In this document: in pieces, positions 18,576-28,278 of the stretch | Position numbering within the stretch: position 1 is the stretch's first letter | How the letters are laid out: each line of letters begins with the position of its first letter | DNA from: Candidatus Harrisonbacteria bacterium | GTDB taxonomy: Bacteria; Patescibacteriota; Minisyncoccia; UBA6257; UBA11618 | Assembly: GCA_023244855.1 (NCBI GenBank) | Contig: JAHFLO010000002.1 | Location: 8,017-72,016, forward strand | Direction: 5' to 3' | Length of the DNA: 64,000 nt | Program-made: the position numbers and the translations under genes | The notes under the pieces: generated by a model | The model's input: the letters and a program-made list of their open reading frames with translations, nothing else | Databases searched by the model: none | What the model was told of the DNA's origin: nothing

Positions 18576-19625
18576 ATGGAAGATGGGCTTTTAGGGGCGT
18601 TAGCCGCGGATATCGACGAGGCATTTGTGGCGTACGACGCGGACTTTACCGTCCGCGCTATTAACAAGCGCGCGGAGGATATGTTTGGCGTTTCCGCTAC
18701 TAATCTTATCGGCAAGCAATTCTCGCTCGAGCTCGCGAAGGATCCGGCGCGTGCGGTTTTTGCGGGTGTTATGTACCCGTCCTTGGCGCCCACGCTCGTG
18801 CGGTTATCGGACGCGGGTACGGAGCCCCAGCAGGCGAAGATTATTTTTGAAAATCCGCACCGTGAATTTTTTACGTCAACGCGGCGCGTGCCAACAGGCT
18901 TTATGAAGGTGGTGCGCGAGGTTACACGCGAGGGGTCTTTAATGCAATCGAAGAGCGATTTTATAACCGTGGCGGCGCACCAACTGCGAACGCCTGCAAC
19001 CGCCATCAATTGGACGTTCGAGAATTTGGAAAAAGAGGAGGGATTGCCGGATGCGGCGCGTGAAGCCGTGGCGACCGGTCGCGCGGCAGCGAAGAACCTA
19101 CTCGACGTCATTACGCACCTGTTGGACGCCGCGCAGATTGAGGACGGGCGCTTCGGGTATTCCTTCGAGCCGACGGATCTCGTGGGTTTTTTAGATACGC
19201 TCTTGGGGAGGGCTTTGCCCGTGGGTAAGCTCTATGGTGTGAATATTTATTTTGATCGCCCACAAGGGGCTGTTATGGTTGCAGCAGATCCATCGAAGCT
19301 TGGTATGGCGATAGCGAACTTAGTGGATAACGGCATCAAGTACAACGCCGCAGGCGGTAGTGTTACCGTGACACTTGTTTCAGGTGGTGGTAATGCGGAA
19401 ATTAGGATTACAGATACGGGTGTAGGTATTGCCGAGGCTGATATACCGAAGCTCTTCCAGAAGTTTTATCGTGGGGAGGGGGTGATGAAAAAAGTAACCG
19501 AAGGGACAGGCTTAGGGCTCTACTTGGCAAAAAATATTATCGAGGGGCATAAGGGCACGATACGAGTCGAGTCTGCGGAGGGGCGCGGCACTACCTTTTT
19601 TATAACTATCCCGCTTGCATTATGA
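18576..19625 (+). CDS. Cytoplasmic PAS-domain sensor histidine kinase
   Basis: PAS-like N-terminus, H-box AAHQLRTP, NLVDNGIKY, DTGVGI, GTGLGL. Confidence 0.92.
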   Translation: MEDGLLGALAADIDEAFVAYDADFTVRAINKRAEDMFGVSATNLIGKQFSLELAKDPARAVFAGVMYPSLAPTLVRLSDAGTEPQQAKIIFENPHREFFTSTRRVPTGFMKVVREVTREGSLMQSKSDFITVAAHQLRTPATAINWTFENLEKEEGLPDAAREAVATGRAAAKNLLDVITHLLDAAQIEDGRFGYSFEPTDLVGFLDTLLGRALPVGKLYGVNIYFDRPQGAVMVAADPSKLGMAIANLVDNGIKYNAAGGSVTVTLVSGGGNAEIRITDTGVGIAEADIPKLFQKFYRGEGVMKKVTEGTGLGLYLAKNIIEGHKGTIRVESAEGRGTTFFITIPLAL

Positions 19626-20392
19626 TTGTCTTTTTATACGGGCCGGATGCATATAGGCGCAGCCGTAAAGAAAAGCAGTTGGTTGCCGAATACCGTAAAA
19701 AGCATTCGGGATTATCCGTTGAGTTTTTCGACGTGGCGGAAGGCGCTACATGGGACGACGTGCGGAGCGCGGTAAAGAATCGCTCGCTTTTCGACGACAA
19801 GAAGCTTGCCGTAATGAACGTCCGCGACGGGGCGGTTTTTGTGAAAGAGGAAATCAAGTGGCTTAAGGCACTTGCGGCGAATACAGACGAGACTGTTTTT
19901 ATAACCGCGGACGGAGCGCCTTTGAAGTCGTTTGCATTCCTCTTTGCGGCTCCCGTGCATGCGCAAGAGTTTACGGAGCTTTCTGGTAAAGCGCTCCAGA
20001 CGTTCGTGGAGGCGGAGGCGGCGCAAAGGGGATTAAAGATGGGCGCACAGGGCCTAGCCCGGCTCGCTGCGGAATATCGCGGCGACATGTGGGGGCTTAT
20101 GACGGAGATCGATCGGCTCTCGCTTTCGTCCGCGAAAGACTTCGTTTCCGAAAAACAGGATCCGGAAGATTTTATTGGTGTTATAAAAAAACTGGCGTAT
20201 GGGGGCGGTGTTCAGTCTCTTACCACGCTCGAACGGGCACTTGCTCACGAGGATCCGGCAAAGATTTTTAACGTCTTAGCGGCCTTTACCTCGGGTGAAA
20301 AAAAGCGCCGTATGGCGGACTATGACGCCGCCATAAAATTCGGCACGCTGGACTACGAATCCGCCCTCACGGATATGATTATACGAGGATAA
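19622..20392 (+). CDS. holA: DNA polymerase III delta subunit-like (short)
   Basis: MIVFLYGPDAY, SLFDDKKL, L.TEIDRL, DAAIKFG; holA-rpsT synteny. Confidence 0.75.
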   Translation: MIVFLYGPDAYRRSRKEKQLVAEYRKKHSGLSVEFFDVAEGATWDDVRSAVKNRSLFDDKKLAVMNVRDGAVFVKEEIKWLKALAANTDETVFITADGAPLKSFAFLFAAPVHAQEFTELSGKALQTFVEAEAAQRGLKMGAQGLARLAAEYRGDMWGLMTEIDRLSLSSAKDFVSEKQDPEDFIGVIKKLAYGGGVQSLTTLERALAHEDPAKIFNVLAAFTSGEKKRRMADYDAAIKFGTLDYESALTDMIIRG

Positions 20393-20423
20393 AAAAATCT
20401 CCCGCGGTTGCGAGAGATTTTTT
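20391..20423. terminator. Bidirectional terminator between holA and rpsT
   Basis: A7-TCTC..GAGA-T run hairpin between convergent genes. Confidence 0.7.
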
Positions 20424-20424
20424 A

Positions 20425-20670
20425 TTAGGCAGCGACTTTTGCGAGACGCTTCGCTAAGCGGGACTTAAGGCGGGATGCACGATTCTTGTGGATCGTGTGC
20501 TTTTTCGCTGCCTTGTCGATTCCCTTATAGGCGGTTGCGAGTAAGTCTTGCGCCGGAGCTTTTTTGAAGATTTTTACGGCCTCCTTCATGGTTTTCTTGC
20601 GCGCGTCATTAACCGCTTTCTTGCGCGCGTTCTGCCTGAGGGCTTTTTTGGCTGATTTCGTTATCGGCAT
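20425..20670 (-). CDS. rpsT: 30S ribosomal protein S20
   Basis: MPITKSAKKALRQ, IDKAAKK..IHKNRASRLKSRL. Confidence 0.96.
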   Translation of the reverse strand: MPITKSAKKALRQNARKKAVNDARKKTMKEAVKIFKKAPAQDLLATAYKGIDKAAKKHTIHKNRASRLKSRLAKRLAKVAA

Positions 20671-20748
20671 AGTAGTCCACATAGTATGCCTTTTTCATTG
20701 ATTTTTTGCAAGTCGGTATTTTCTTGAAGAGTGGTATGATGTAGGGAT

Positions 20749-21903
20749 ATGGATAAGAGGGTCAGCGCGAGCATATTTTTTTCAATTTTAGCGTTCGTTT
20801 TCTTTCCCTCGCTCACCCTCGCCGCCGTCCAACAAGCCACTATCATAACCCGTCCCGGCGTCGTGACCGCCCCTATTAAATACTACTTCGATCTCTCCTC
20901 CGCACTCAGTGAAGGCGTGAACCAAGGCGTGAAAGTAACCGTCTCCGCCTCAAACAGCGAAAAGACCGCCGTCCGCTTTGATTCCGTTAAGCTCTTTGAT
21001 CAATCAGGCGCAACCGTCGGCAATAACGTCGCTTCTAAAACAGACGCTCTCACGGCAAATCCGTACGGCTTTACTTTCGACAACTTTGGCGTCGCACCCG
21101 CAGACCTCGCAAAGGTGGCAGGTGTGCAAATAACCTTCATGGATCTTGGTGGCGAAAACCCCACGGGCAAAGTAACCATACAGAGCGTTGCTGTATCCGT
21201 CATACGGGACACAGGAGAGGCGTGTGTGATAATTGACCCGATAGTCATCACCACACCACCACCGCCGATACCTACTATCACGCAGATACAATCATCACGT
21301 CCGCTCGTGCAGCCGGGGACGCATGGTGATGGGGGAAGTGGGGGTTCGGGCGGGGGGTCGGGGGCGTCGCAGGGGCCGACTGAGTTGGCGACTGTTGTTG
21401 ATTATTGTCCAAGCTCATGTGGCGGCACATGGGGGAGTGGAGCTGAATGGTATACGTCTACTGCGGCAAATTCTCCTTCTAGTTATCTTAAGGGAACAGG
21501 TACGGGATTTTCAGTTCCTACGGGGGCGACTATTAATGGGATTATTCTTACTATTTCAAAACGTGGCGAAGGATTATCGGGCGAAGAAGTTTCTGATAGC
21601 GCTGTACGGCTTATAAAAAATGCGGTACTAGCTGGGGAAAGTAAGCATAAAATAGGTATATGGCCGACAAGCGCACAAACTTTTACCTATGGAGGATCTG
21701 GTGATGTATGGGGGTTATCACTTACCCCTGCAGATGTTAATAGTTTAAGTGATTTTGGCGCTGCTATTAATATAACCGGCGGAACTACTGGCACAGGGTA
21801 CATAAATAGCATGAAGATGACCGTTTATTACACCCCGCTCGGCGGGTCGGTATACGATTCGTTTATGGATCTCATCCGGGCATTTTTCGGAAAAATCCGT
21901 TGA
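20749..21903 (+). CDS. Secreted/surface two-domain beta-rich protein with Pro and Gly/Ser linkers
   Basis: Signal peptide, TTPPPPIP and GGSGGSGGGSG linkers, C-terminal domain with VPTGATINGI..YGG.GDVWG motifs. Confidence 0.75.
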   Translation: MDKRVSASIFFSILAFVFFPSLTLAAVQQATIITRPGVVTAPIKYYFDLSSALSEGVNQGVKVTVSASNSEKTAVRFDSVKLFDQSGATVGNNVASKTDALTANPYGFTFDNFGVAPADLAKVAGVQITFMDLGGENPTGKVTIQSVAVSVIRDTGEACVIIDPIVITTPPPPIPTITQIQSSRPLVQPGTHGDGGSGGSGGGSGASQGPTELATVVDYCPSSCGGTWGSGAEWYTSTAANSPSSYLKGTGTGFSVPTGATINGIILTISKRGEGLSGEEVSDSAVRLIKNAVLAGESKHKIGIWPTSAQTFTYGGSGDVWGLSLTPADVNSLSDFGAAINITGGTTGTGYINSMKMTVYYTPLGGSVYDSFMDLIRAFFGKIR

Positions 21904-21977
21904 TTTTTTGCAAGTGCGGTGGCACGATAGGCTTTAGGACATTTCGGTTTAACCTTTCCACTTATGGAGGATTCGCC

Positions 21978-22256
21978 ATGCGTTGGATTCCGGTAATTGC
22001 GGTACTTGTTTTTGTATTTTGCAAGGGATTCATAGCGGCGACGACAAAAGCTCCTTTAGATCCGCCGCCAGCGCAGACCATTCGTTTGGAGGTTCCCGAA
22101 GTCACGGCTTTTGAGGAAATATCTCCGCCCGAAGGGGACGTATGTCAGCACTTTGCGATTACATTTGATAACGGGGAGCGTGTCGTCGTGAAAGTTAAGT
22201 CGGCGCTGATTGAGGACTGGGCGACGAAGACAATCAAGAGCAAGCTTTCGTGGTAA
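21978..22256 (+). CDS. Small hypothetical exported protein
   Basis: GGAGG upstream of ATG 21978; hydrophobic N-terminus. Confidence 0.55.
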   Translation: MRWIPVIAVLVFVFCKGFIAATTKAPLDPPPAQTIRLEVPEVTAFEEISPPEGDVCQHFAITFDNGERVVVKVKSALIEDWATKTIKSKLSW

Positions 22257-22326
22257 GTCTGCGGCATATCGAAGGGCGGGTGGCGCATTGCGCCCCCGTC
22301 TTTTTCTTCGTATACATATAGGGAAT

Positions 22327-22902
22327 ATGATTTACTCGCTTTCGGGGCTTATTTTGCGCAAGCGCCAGCCTTTTGCCGTTATTGGCGTAGGTGGTGTTGG
22401 CTATAAGGTGTCCGTGCCTGCGCGCGTGTACGAGGCGTTGCCGGAGGTGGGCGCCCCCGTTTTTTTATATTGTCACTTCGTGGTGCGTGATGACGCGCAG
22501 GAGTTGTACGGCTTTTTGCGCGAGGATGATCTCGTTTTTTTTGAGAAACTTCTTACGGTAAACGGCGTGGGGCCGAAGTCGGGGTTGGCTATTATGGGGC
22601 TTTCGGAGCCAGAGGAATTAGCGGCCGCAATTACCGAAGGTAGGGCGGACGTCTTCATGCGCGCGGCGGGCGTGGGTAAGAAGACTGCCGAGCGTGTAGT
22701 GCTTGAGCTACGCGGCAAGTTGCCGACGATACAGTCCGAAGCTGCGGTGGCTCGCATGGAGCACGATATGGATGTAGAAGAGGCACTTGTCGGTTTAGGG
22801 TATGCGCGTCATGACGCCAAGCGCGTGGTGGCGCAAATCGACCGTGAAATTACGGATATTGAAGGGCGGCTCCGTGCCGCGCTTAAAGTGCTTAAAAAAT
22901 AA
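22327..22902 (+). CDS. ruvA: Holliday junction DNA-binding protein RuvA
   Basis: MIYSLSG, GGVGY, LYGF, VNGVGPK, GVGKKTAERVVLEL, ALVGLGY. Confidence 0.96.
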   Translation: MIYSLSGLILRKRQPFAVIGVGGVGYKVSVPARVYEALPEVGAPVFLYCHFVVRDDAQELYGFLREDDLVFFEKLLTVNGVGPKSGLAIMGLSEPEELAAAITEGRADVFMRAAGVGKKTAERVVLELRGKLPTIQSEAAVARMEHDMDVEEALVGLGYARHDAKRVVAQIDREITDIEGRLRAALKVLKK

Positions 22903-24065
22903 TGAAAAAGATTTATATATTTTTACGCGATATATTCTATCACCGCATCATGGCGTTTATTGCCGCCGCCTTGTATGGCTTTCCGAGTCGGCGCCTTACG
23001 GTGATCGGCGTTACGGGCACGAAGGGAAAGTCCACAACCGTGGAGCTTATTGCGCACATACTCGAATCCGCGGGTAAAAAAGTCGCGGTGAGCTCATCCG
23101 TACGCAATACCGTATCCGGCATGACGATGCCCGGTTGTTTTAAGTTGCAGCGACTTTTGCGCGACGCAGTCTCCTCCGGGTGTGAGTACGCAGTAATGGA
23201 GGTCACATCGCAGGGCGTGGTTCAGCATCGGCATCGGTTTATACGGTGGGCGGTTGCCGTTTTTACCAATCTCGCGCCGGAGCATGTGGAGGCGCATGGT
23301 AGTTTTGAAAATTATCGCGCGGCGAAAGTCGCGTTCTTCGAATATGTGGCAAAAAATCCGAAGGCGGTATTTGTAATAAATAAGGATGATGAAAATGCAC
23401 CCTACTTCATACGCGCTGCACAGCATCATAAGAAAATAGTATTTAGCAGGGAGCAGGCGCCGACGACCTTATACGGGGTATTTAATGAATATAATGCGGG
23501 TGCGGCACTTGCGGTTGCTTCAGCGCTCAATATATTTGAAGATGTGGCGCGTCGTGCGGTGGGTGATTTTAAGGGGGTATATGGGCGCATGGAGTTTTTA
23601 CAGCGTAATCCGTTTACGGTGGTCGTCGATTATGCCGTAACGCCGGATTCACTGCGCGCTGCCTATAATGCGTTCGCGGGCAGTCGGATCATCGCGGTAT
23701 TCGGTTGTACCGGCGGCGGGCGTGATACGTGGAAGCGTCGTGTAATGGGGGGCATTGCGGGGGAGGTGTGCGCGGCAGTCGTCTTAACAGACGACGATTC
23801 ATACGACGAAGATACGGAATCGATTATGGCGGAAATCGAGGTGGGTCTTGTTTCGACGAAAGAAGGCGCGTGGAAGATCGGGGAGAATTATTGGAAGATC
23901 GTAAGCCGCCGCGCGGCGATCGAGAAGGGATTATCGTTAGCAGGGGAGGGCGACGTAGTCCTTGTGACGGGTAAGGGCGGGGATAAGTGGTTGCGCATGA
24001 AGCGTGGTGTGAAGATTCCGTGGAGCGATCAAGATGTCATTCGTGATATCCTGAAAGCACTGTAA
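22902..24065 (+). CDS. Mur ligase, MurE-like, lacking the N-terminal domain
   Basis: IGVTGTKGKST, MEVTSQG, FTNLAPEH, GRME, VVDYA, VFGCTGGGRD, TGKG. Confidence 0.88.
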   Translation: MKKIYIFLRDIFYHRIMAFIAAALYGFPSRRLTVIGVTGTKGKSTTVELIAHILESAGKKVAVSSSVRNTVSGMTMPGCFKLQRLLRDAVSSGCEYAVMEVTSQGVVQHRHRFIRWAVAVFTNLAPEHVEAHGSFENYRAAKVAFFEYVAKNPKAVFVINKDDENAPYFIRAAQHHKKIVFSREQAPTTLYGVFNEYNAGAALAVASALNIFEDVARRAVGDFKGVYGRMEFLQRNPFTVVVDYAVTPDSLRAAYNAFAGSRIIAVFGCTGGGRDTWKRRVMGGIAGEVCAAVVLTDDDSYDEDTESIMAEIEVGLVSTKEGAWKIGENYWKIVSRRAAIEKGLSLAGEGDVVLVTGKGGDKWLRMKRGVKIPWSDQDVIRDILKAL

Positions 24066-25390
24066 TGAAAATTTCTTTTTTCGGGGGCGCTTCCGAAGTT
24101 ACGGGCGCTAATTACGTTCTCGAGTCGGGCACTACGCGCATTATGGTGGACTGCGGTTTGCACCAAGGCTCGGGCGCGCGCGAAGAGATAAACTGGGCGG
24201 AGTTTGCGTACGATGTAACGAAAATTGATGCGCTTTTCGTAACGCATCCGCATATCGACCATATCGGGCGCGTACCGCTTCTTATGAAGCGTGGCTTCCG
24301 CGGGAAGATCTATTCCACGCCGCCCGCGCGGGATGCTGCGCACGAGCTTTTGCTCGATTCTGAACACTTACTTTTCGGTATTGCGGATAGGGCTGGCGTT
24401 CCACCCTTATACGGGCCGGAGGATGTTTTCCGCGCTATGAGCGTATGGGAGGGCGTACCGTACCACCGCTCCATAACCGTGGGCGATTGCACGGTAACGC
24501 TCTATAACGCCGGCCACGTACTCGGCTCGAGCTCGGTTTTGGTGCAGGGCAAAGACGGTAAGCGTATTTTGTTTTCGGGTGACTTAGGTAATAACCCTGC
24601 GCCGCTGTTAGGCGGCAAGGACATGATGCCGGATGCGGATTACTGCTTAATAGAATCCGCATACGGTAACCGTATCCACGAAGATCTCGCGCATCGTCGC
24701 GAGCTCTTGGAAGACGCTATCGAGGATACAGTGAAAAATGGTGGCGTGCTTATGATCCCGACCTTTGCGCTTGAGCGTACGCAGGAACTCTTAGCCGAGT
24801 TGGATGATTTAATAACGAGCGGCCGCATACCGCCAGTACCCGTATACATGGATAGTCCGCTTGCCATCCGCCTTACGGCAATTTACAAAAAGTATCCCGA
24901 TTATTTAAAAGCGGGTACGTTTGATTTCCATTTCAAGGAATTGCATATAACCTCAACTACCGAGCAGTCGAAGGCAATTAACCTCGCGCCCGCGCCGAAG
25001 GTTGTCATTGCAGGGTCAGGTATGTCGAACGGCGGGCGTATACTGCACCACGAAAAGAATTATCTGCCTGATCCGAAGTCGATGTTTCTCGCTATCGGCT
25101 ACCAAGCAGAGGGCACACTCGGCAGGCGTATACTCGATGGAGATAAATCCGTAACCATATTCGGCGAAGACGTGCCGGTACGTTGTAAGGTGCGTGCAAT
25201 CGGCGGCTACTCCGCACATGCGGACCAGAAGCAATTATTGGAATGGATCTCTACCGGCAGGGATTCGCTTAAGCGCGTATTCGTCGTGCAGGGTGAAGGG
25301 GAGTCAAGTCTCGTTTTGGCGCAAAAGATGCGCGACGAATTCGCCCTTAACGCTATCGTCCCCGAAGCGGGGAAGACTTACGAATTATAG
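24065..25390 (+). CDS. MBL-fold beta-CASP ribonuclease
   Basis: VTHPHIDHIG, AGHVLGS, FSGDLG, GSGMSNGGRILHH, YSAHAD. Confidence 0.93.
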   Translation: MKISFFGGASEVTGANYVLESGTTRIMVDCGLHQGSGAREEINWAEFAYDVTKIDALFVTHPHIDHIGRVPLLMKRGFRGKIYSTPPARDAAHELLLDSEHLLFGIADRAGVPPLYGPEDVFRAMSVWEGVPYHRSITVGDCTVTLYNAGHVLGSSSVLVQGKDGKRILFSGDLGNNPAPLLGGKDMMPDADYCLIESAYGNRIHEDLAHRRELLEDAIEDTVKNGGVLMIPTFALERTQELLAELDDLITSGRIPPVPVYMDSPLAIRLTAIYKKYPDYLKAGTFDFHFKELHITSTTEQSKAINLAPAPKVVIAGSGMSNGGRILHHEKNYLPDPKSMFLAIGYQAEGTLGRRILDGDKSVTIFGEDVPVRCKVRAIGGYSAHADQKQLLEWISTGRDSLKRVFVVQGEGESSLVLAQKMRDEFALNAIVPEAGKTYEL

Positions 25391-25437
25391 AGGTTGCTAA
25401 AAAATTAAGCCGTCATTCCTGATTTTTAATTTTCGGT

Positions 25438-25479
25438 AATTTACTATAACTATGCCGGTCGGCATAGTTATAGTAAATT
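25438..25479. repeat. Palindromic dispersed element, copy A
   Basis: 19-bp perfect arms AATTTACTATAACTATGCC-GGTC-GGCATAGTTATAGTAAATT; related copy at 38350. Confidence 0.8.
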
Positions 25480-25535
25480 GGATTTCGGGGGTTGGATTTC
25501 GATAATTTTATTATTCTGCGTGATATACTGCTTGT

Positions 25536-26129
25536 ATGTCAGAAAAGTCAGCGGCGTTGCACGCCAAGTATCACCGGAAGACGCGGTATAAAATTTGCAT
25601 ATCGGGTGCGGCCGAAACCGGCCACTGTTCTATGGATACTCTCCAGAGGGCGGAGGAGATGGGTAGGGAAATTGCGAAGGCGAATATGGTGCTTTTAACC
25701 GGTGCCACCACTGGCACGCCGTATTGGGCGGCTAAAGGAGCAAAGTCTGCGGGCGGGCTTGTTATCGGTTTTTCGCCGGCGTCGTCTGAGCTCGCGCACG
25801 TAAAGACCTATCGGCTCCCCATCGACTACCATGACGACATCGTTTTCACCGGCTTCGAGTATTCGGGCCGTAATTGGATCCTTACCCGCGCGGCAGATGC
25901 CGTTATTACCATTTGCGGGCGCATCGGCACCCTTAACGAATTCACGGCATCGTTTGAAGACGGAAAGCCCTCGGGCGTTTTAGAGGGCACGGGCGGCACG
26001 GCGGACTATATTAAGGATATTTTGGATAAGTCCCACAGGGGGTACGGTAATACTGTGTTTTCATCTGATCCAAAAGAGCTTCTTAAGCTCGTTATGAAAA
26101 AAATCGAGGAGCGCGAGAAGTCGTTTTAG
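25536..26129 (+). CDS. LOG/SLOG-family nucleotide-binding protein
   Basis: LLTGATTG, AKGA, GRNWIL, GRIGTLNEF motifs. Confidence 0.82.
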   Translation: MSEKSAALHAKYHRKTRYKICISGAAETGHCSMDTLQRAEEMGREIAKANMVLLTGATTGTPYWAAKGAKSAGGLVIGFSPASSELAHVKTYRLPIDYHDDIVFTGFEYSGRNWILTRAADAVITICGRIGTLNEFTASFEDGKPSGVLEGTGGTADYIKDILDKSHRGYGNTVFSSDPKELLKLVMKKIEEREKSF

Positions 26130-26196
26130 ATTTAAGAGGTGAATAGACATAAGGAAGGTAAATGGCTATGATTGGCGTGTCTTTTGTATCTACCTT

Positions 26197-26268
26197 GCAC
26201 CCATAGTTCAACGGATAGAATATAGCCCTCCGAAGGCTGGGATTGTGGTTCGATTCCACATGGGTGCA
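26197..26268 (+). tRNA. tRNA-Arg(CCG)
   Basis: Cloverleaf: GCACCCA/TGGGTGC acceptor, anticodon loop CTCCGAA, GGTTCGATTCC. Confidence 0.93.
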
Positions 26269-26277
26269 CCGCGTAAA

Positions 26278-26315
26278 GAAAAACAGCAGAGCATTTTAAT
26301 GTCCTGCTGTTTTTC
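26278..26315 (+). terminator. Terminator after tRNA-Arg(CCG)
   Basis: AAAAACAGCAG..CTGCTGTTTTT inverted repeat. Confidence 0.65.
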
Positions 26316-26429
26316 CACGCGGTAGGCACGTGATGGGATTTTTAAGAATCTCATTTTACGTGCTACCTTTAAAAAATGAAAACGCCGCGCGGATGTGGAG
26401 TCCGTACGGCGTTGGTTTTCGATTCGGGT

Positions 26430-27065
26430 TCAGCCTTGCGGCAGCTTGATCGCCTTTGCGCAGATCAAGCACATCCTCCAGATCGCAATCAGGAGCAGTG
26501 CTCCCGAAACTTCCCATGTAATGAAGGCGTCGATTAGGGCTGCATCCCGGGCATTGATTATGAATGATACTCCCCATGCGAGGAGTATGGCTGCCGAGAC
26601 TGCGGCGTCTTGGAAGAAGTGTAGGGATGATATTTTTTCCAAGTCCGTTTTTCCTTTGTTGAGAATCAGCGCCATCCATGTATTGATGCAGAAGTTGAAT
26701 ATAGCGAAGAGGAAAAGGATATCGGTTTTAACTGCTTGTGGATTCCGCATATGCTCTAATCCGTGCATTAGAGCCTTGCTACTCGCCCATGCCATCAGCA
26801 ATCCGCCGGCAATTCCCGCGACCTTCTCGAGATAAGGGGCTTTTTGGGCGCCCTTTATAAGAAGGAGGATGACGAGGCATTCGCCGAGATCGGCGGCGTC
26901 ATGTAGGTATGCGGCATTAAGGGGCATGCTCTGCGTCCATTTGAATGCGGCCCACTCGACGATTGTGAGTAATCCGTTGCCGGCAGCGGCAAAGACGATA
27001 TTCAAGAATTTCTTTTTCAGCTCTTCATCTGAAGAGCCGTGCGCGTGAACGTGGACGCAAACCAT
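26430..27065 (-). CDS. Divergent cation diffusion facilitator (CDF)-like membrane protein without C-terminal domain
   Basis: His-rich N-terminus HVHAH, about 6 TM, LHDAAD and HFFQD resembling CDF metal-site motifs; AGGAGA upstream. Confidence 0.6.
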   Translation of the reverse strand: MVCVHVHAHGSSDEELKKKFLNIVFAAAGNGLLTIVEWAAFKWTQSMPLNAAYLHDAADLGECLVILLLIKGAQKAPYLEKVAGIAGGLLMAWASSKALMHGLEHMRNPQAVKTDILFLFAIFNFCINTWMALILNKGKTDLEKISSLHFFQDAAVSAAILLAWGVSFIINARDAALIDAFITWEVSGALLLIAIWRMCLICAKAIKLPQG

Positions 27066-27157
27066 ATCGTTTCTCCTGTGCGTTTAGTGTTGGAAAAGGG
27101 CTCGTTACGACACGGATATAATGCATTAGCTGGGGGATTATGGCAAACTGAGATGAT

Positions 27158-27601
27158 ATGGCATTCCTTAGATTTCTCTTCTCGCTTTTCATCGTTGCGA
27201 CCGCGCTCCACTTTGGGTGGGAGATTTCGCAGATGGGGTATTATTCGTTTTCCGTTCCATCCCTGCCGAGCTACGACGCGTTTATTAAAGATCATTGGAC
27301 GGTAGCGGCTAAAGACGGGCTTATTACTGTCGCGTTATATCTATTAGTTGGCATGCTCGTTAAAAACGCCGGCTGGGCGAAGCGGTTTAATCGCCAGCGG
27401 TTTATGTTCCTTATCGTGCTTGGTTTTTTATGGGCAGTGGGTGTGGAATACCACGCCACTGAAATCGCGCACCGCTGGACCTATGCAAAATCAATGCCGA
27501 TAATCCCGATTATCAACGTGGGTGTCGCGCCTATTCTCCAGATGGTTGTCATTCCGTTTTTCGCAATCTTCCTCACGCGCAAGCAGCTGAGCGAGAAGTA
27601 A
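27158..27601 (+). CDS. Hypothetical 4-TM membrane protein
   Basis: LHFGWEISQ, VEY, RWTYAKSMP..VGVAPILQM; hydrophobic pattern. Confidence 0.72.
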   Translation: MAFLRFLFSLFIVATALHFGWEISQMGYYSFSVPSLPSYDAFIKDHWTVAAKDGLITVALYLLVGMLVKNAGWAKRFNRQRFMFLIVLGFLWAVGVEYHATEIAHRWTYAKSMPIIPIINVGVAPILQMVVIPFFAIFLTRKQLSEK

Positions 27602-27695
27602 TATTGACGAAAAATATATTTCGTGCTAAATTAGCATAAGCATTAACCGCCTGCGGGCGAACTTTTACAACCTTTTTCCTCGAAGGGGGGGTGAG

Positions 27696-28163
27696 ATGAC
27701 TGTCATTTGGGCATGCGTATGCGTTGCTATTGCTCTTGGGGCTAGCTTCTTTTTCGGCTTTTACATTTCGACGTGGCTGGATCTCCGTGAGTTTGAATTG
27801 GAAAAAAAGTACAGGCGTCGCGTTTCCGTATGCGTTGCAGGTGCTGCGTATGCCGTCGTGCTGACGCGAGATTTACATGAATGGAGCGACCAGTATCATG
27901 AACAATGGCTCACTCAGGCGGACTTCGCTCTCGACGAGCCGTTCAGGTTTCCTTCGCCGGAGACCGTGCTGATCACTTTTATTCCTTCGAATGAGCTCTT
28001 AAGAACCGTACTAGCCGGATGCCTAATCGAGTGGGTTGATTTCATTATTCCAAAGGAGGTCCCGTCGTTAATCGGTACGCAAATCCGCAGTCCGCTTGAC
28101 CTATGGATCGCGATCCATGAAACCGAGCCCAGCGAAGAGTTACGGGAACTGCTCATGGCATGA
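27696..28163 (+). CDS. Orphan hypothetical protein with N-terminal TM
   Basis: Promoter-like TTGACG..TAAATT upstream, G-rich SD-like run, hairpin and T-run after the stop. Confidence 0.55.
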   Translation: MTVIWACVCVAIALGASFFFGFYISTWLDLREFELEKKYRRRVSVCVAGAAYAVVLTRDLHEWSDQYHEQWLTQADFALDEPFRFPSPETVLITFIPSNELLRTVLAGCLIEWVDFIIPKEVPSLIGTQIRSPLDLWIAIHETEPSEELRELLMA

Positions 28164-28278
28164 CGTTTTATTGGAGGCTTCGCCGAATTTCGGCGGGCCT
28201 CCTTTTTTTTGATTGCTCTTGCAATCAATCCCTCGAAATTCGCAGAGCGAAGGGGGATGCTATACAGTATTTATATAT

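Noticed and set aside
26270-28210. Integrated island at tRNA-Arg(CCG)
   Set aside because: Orphan genes are present, but I found no integrase and no duplicated tRNA 3' end
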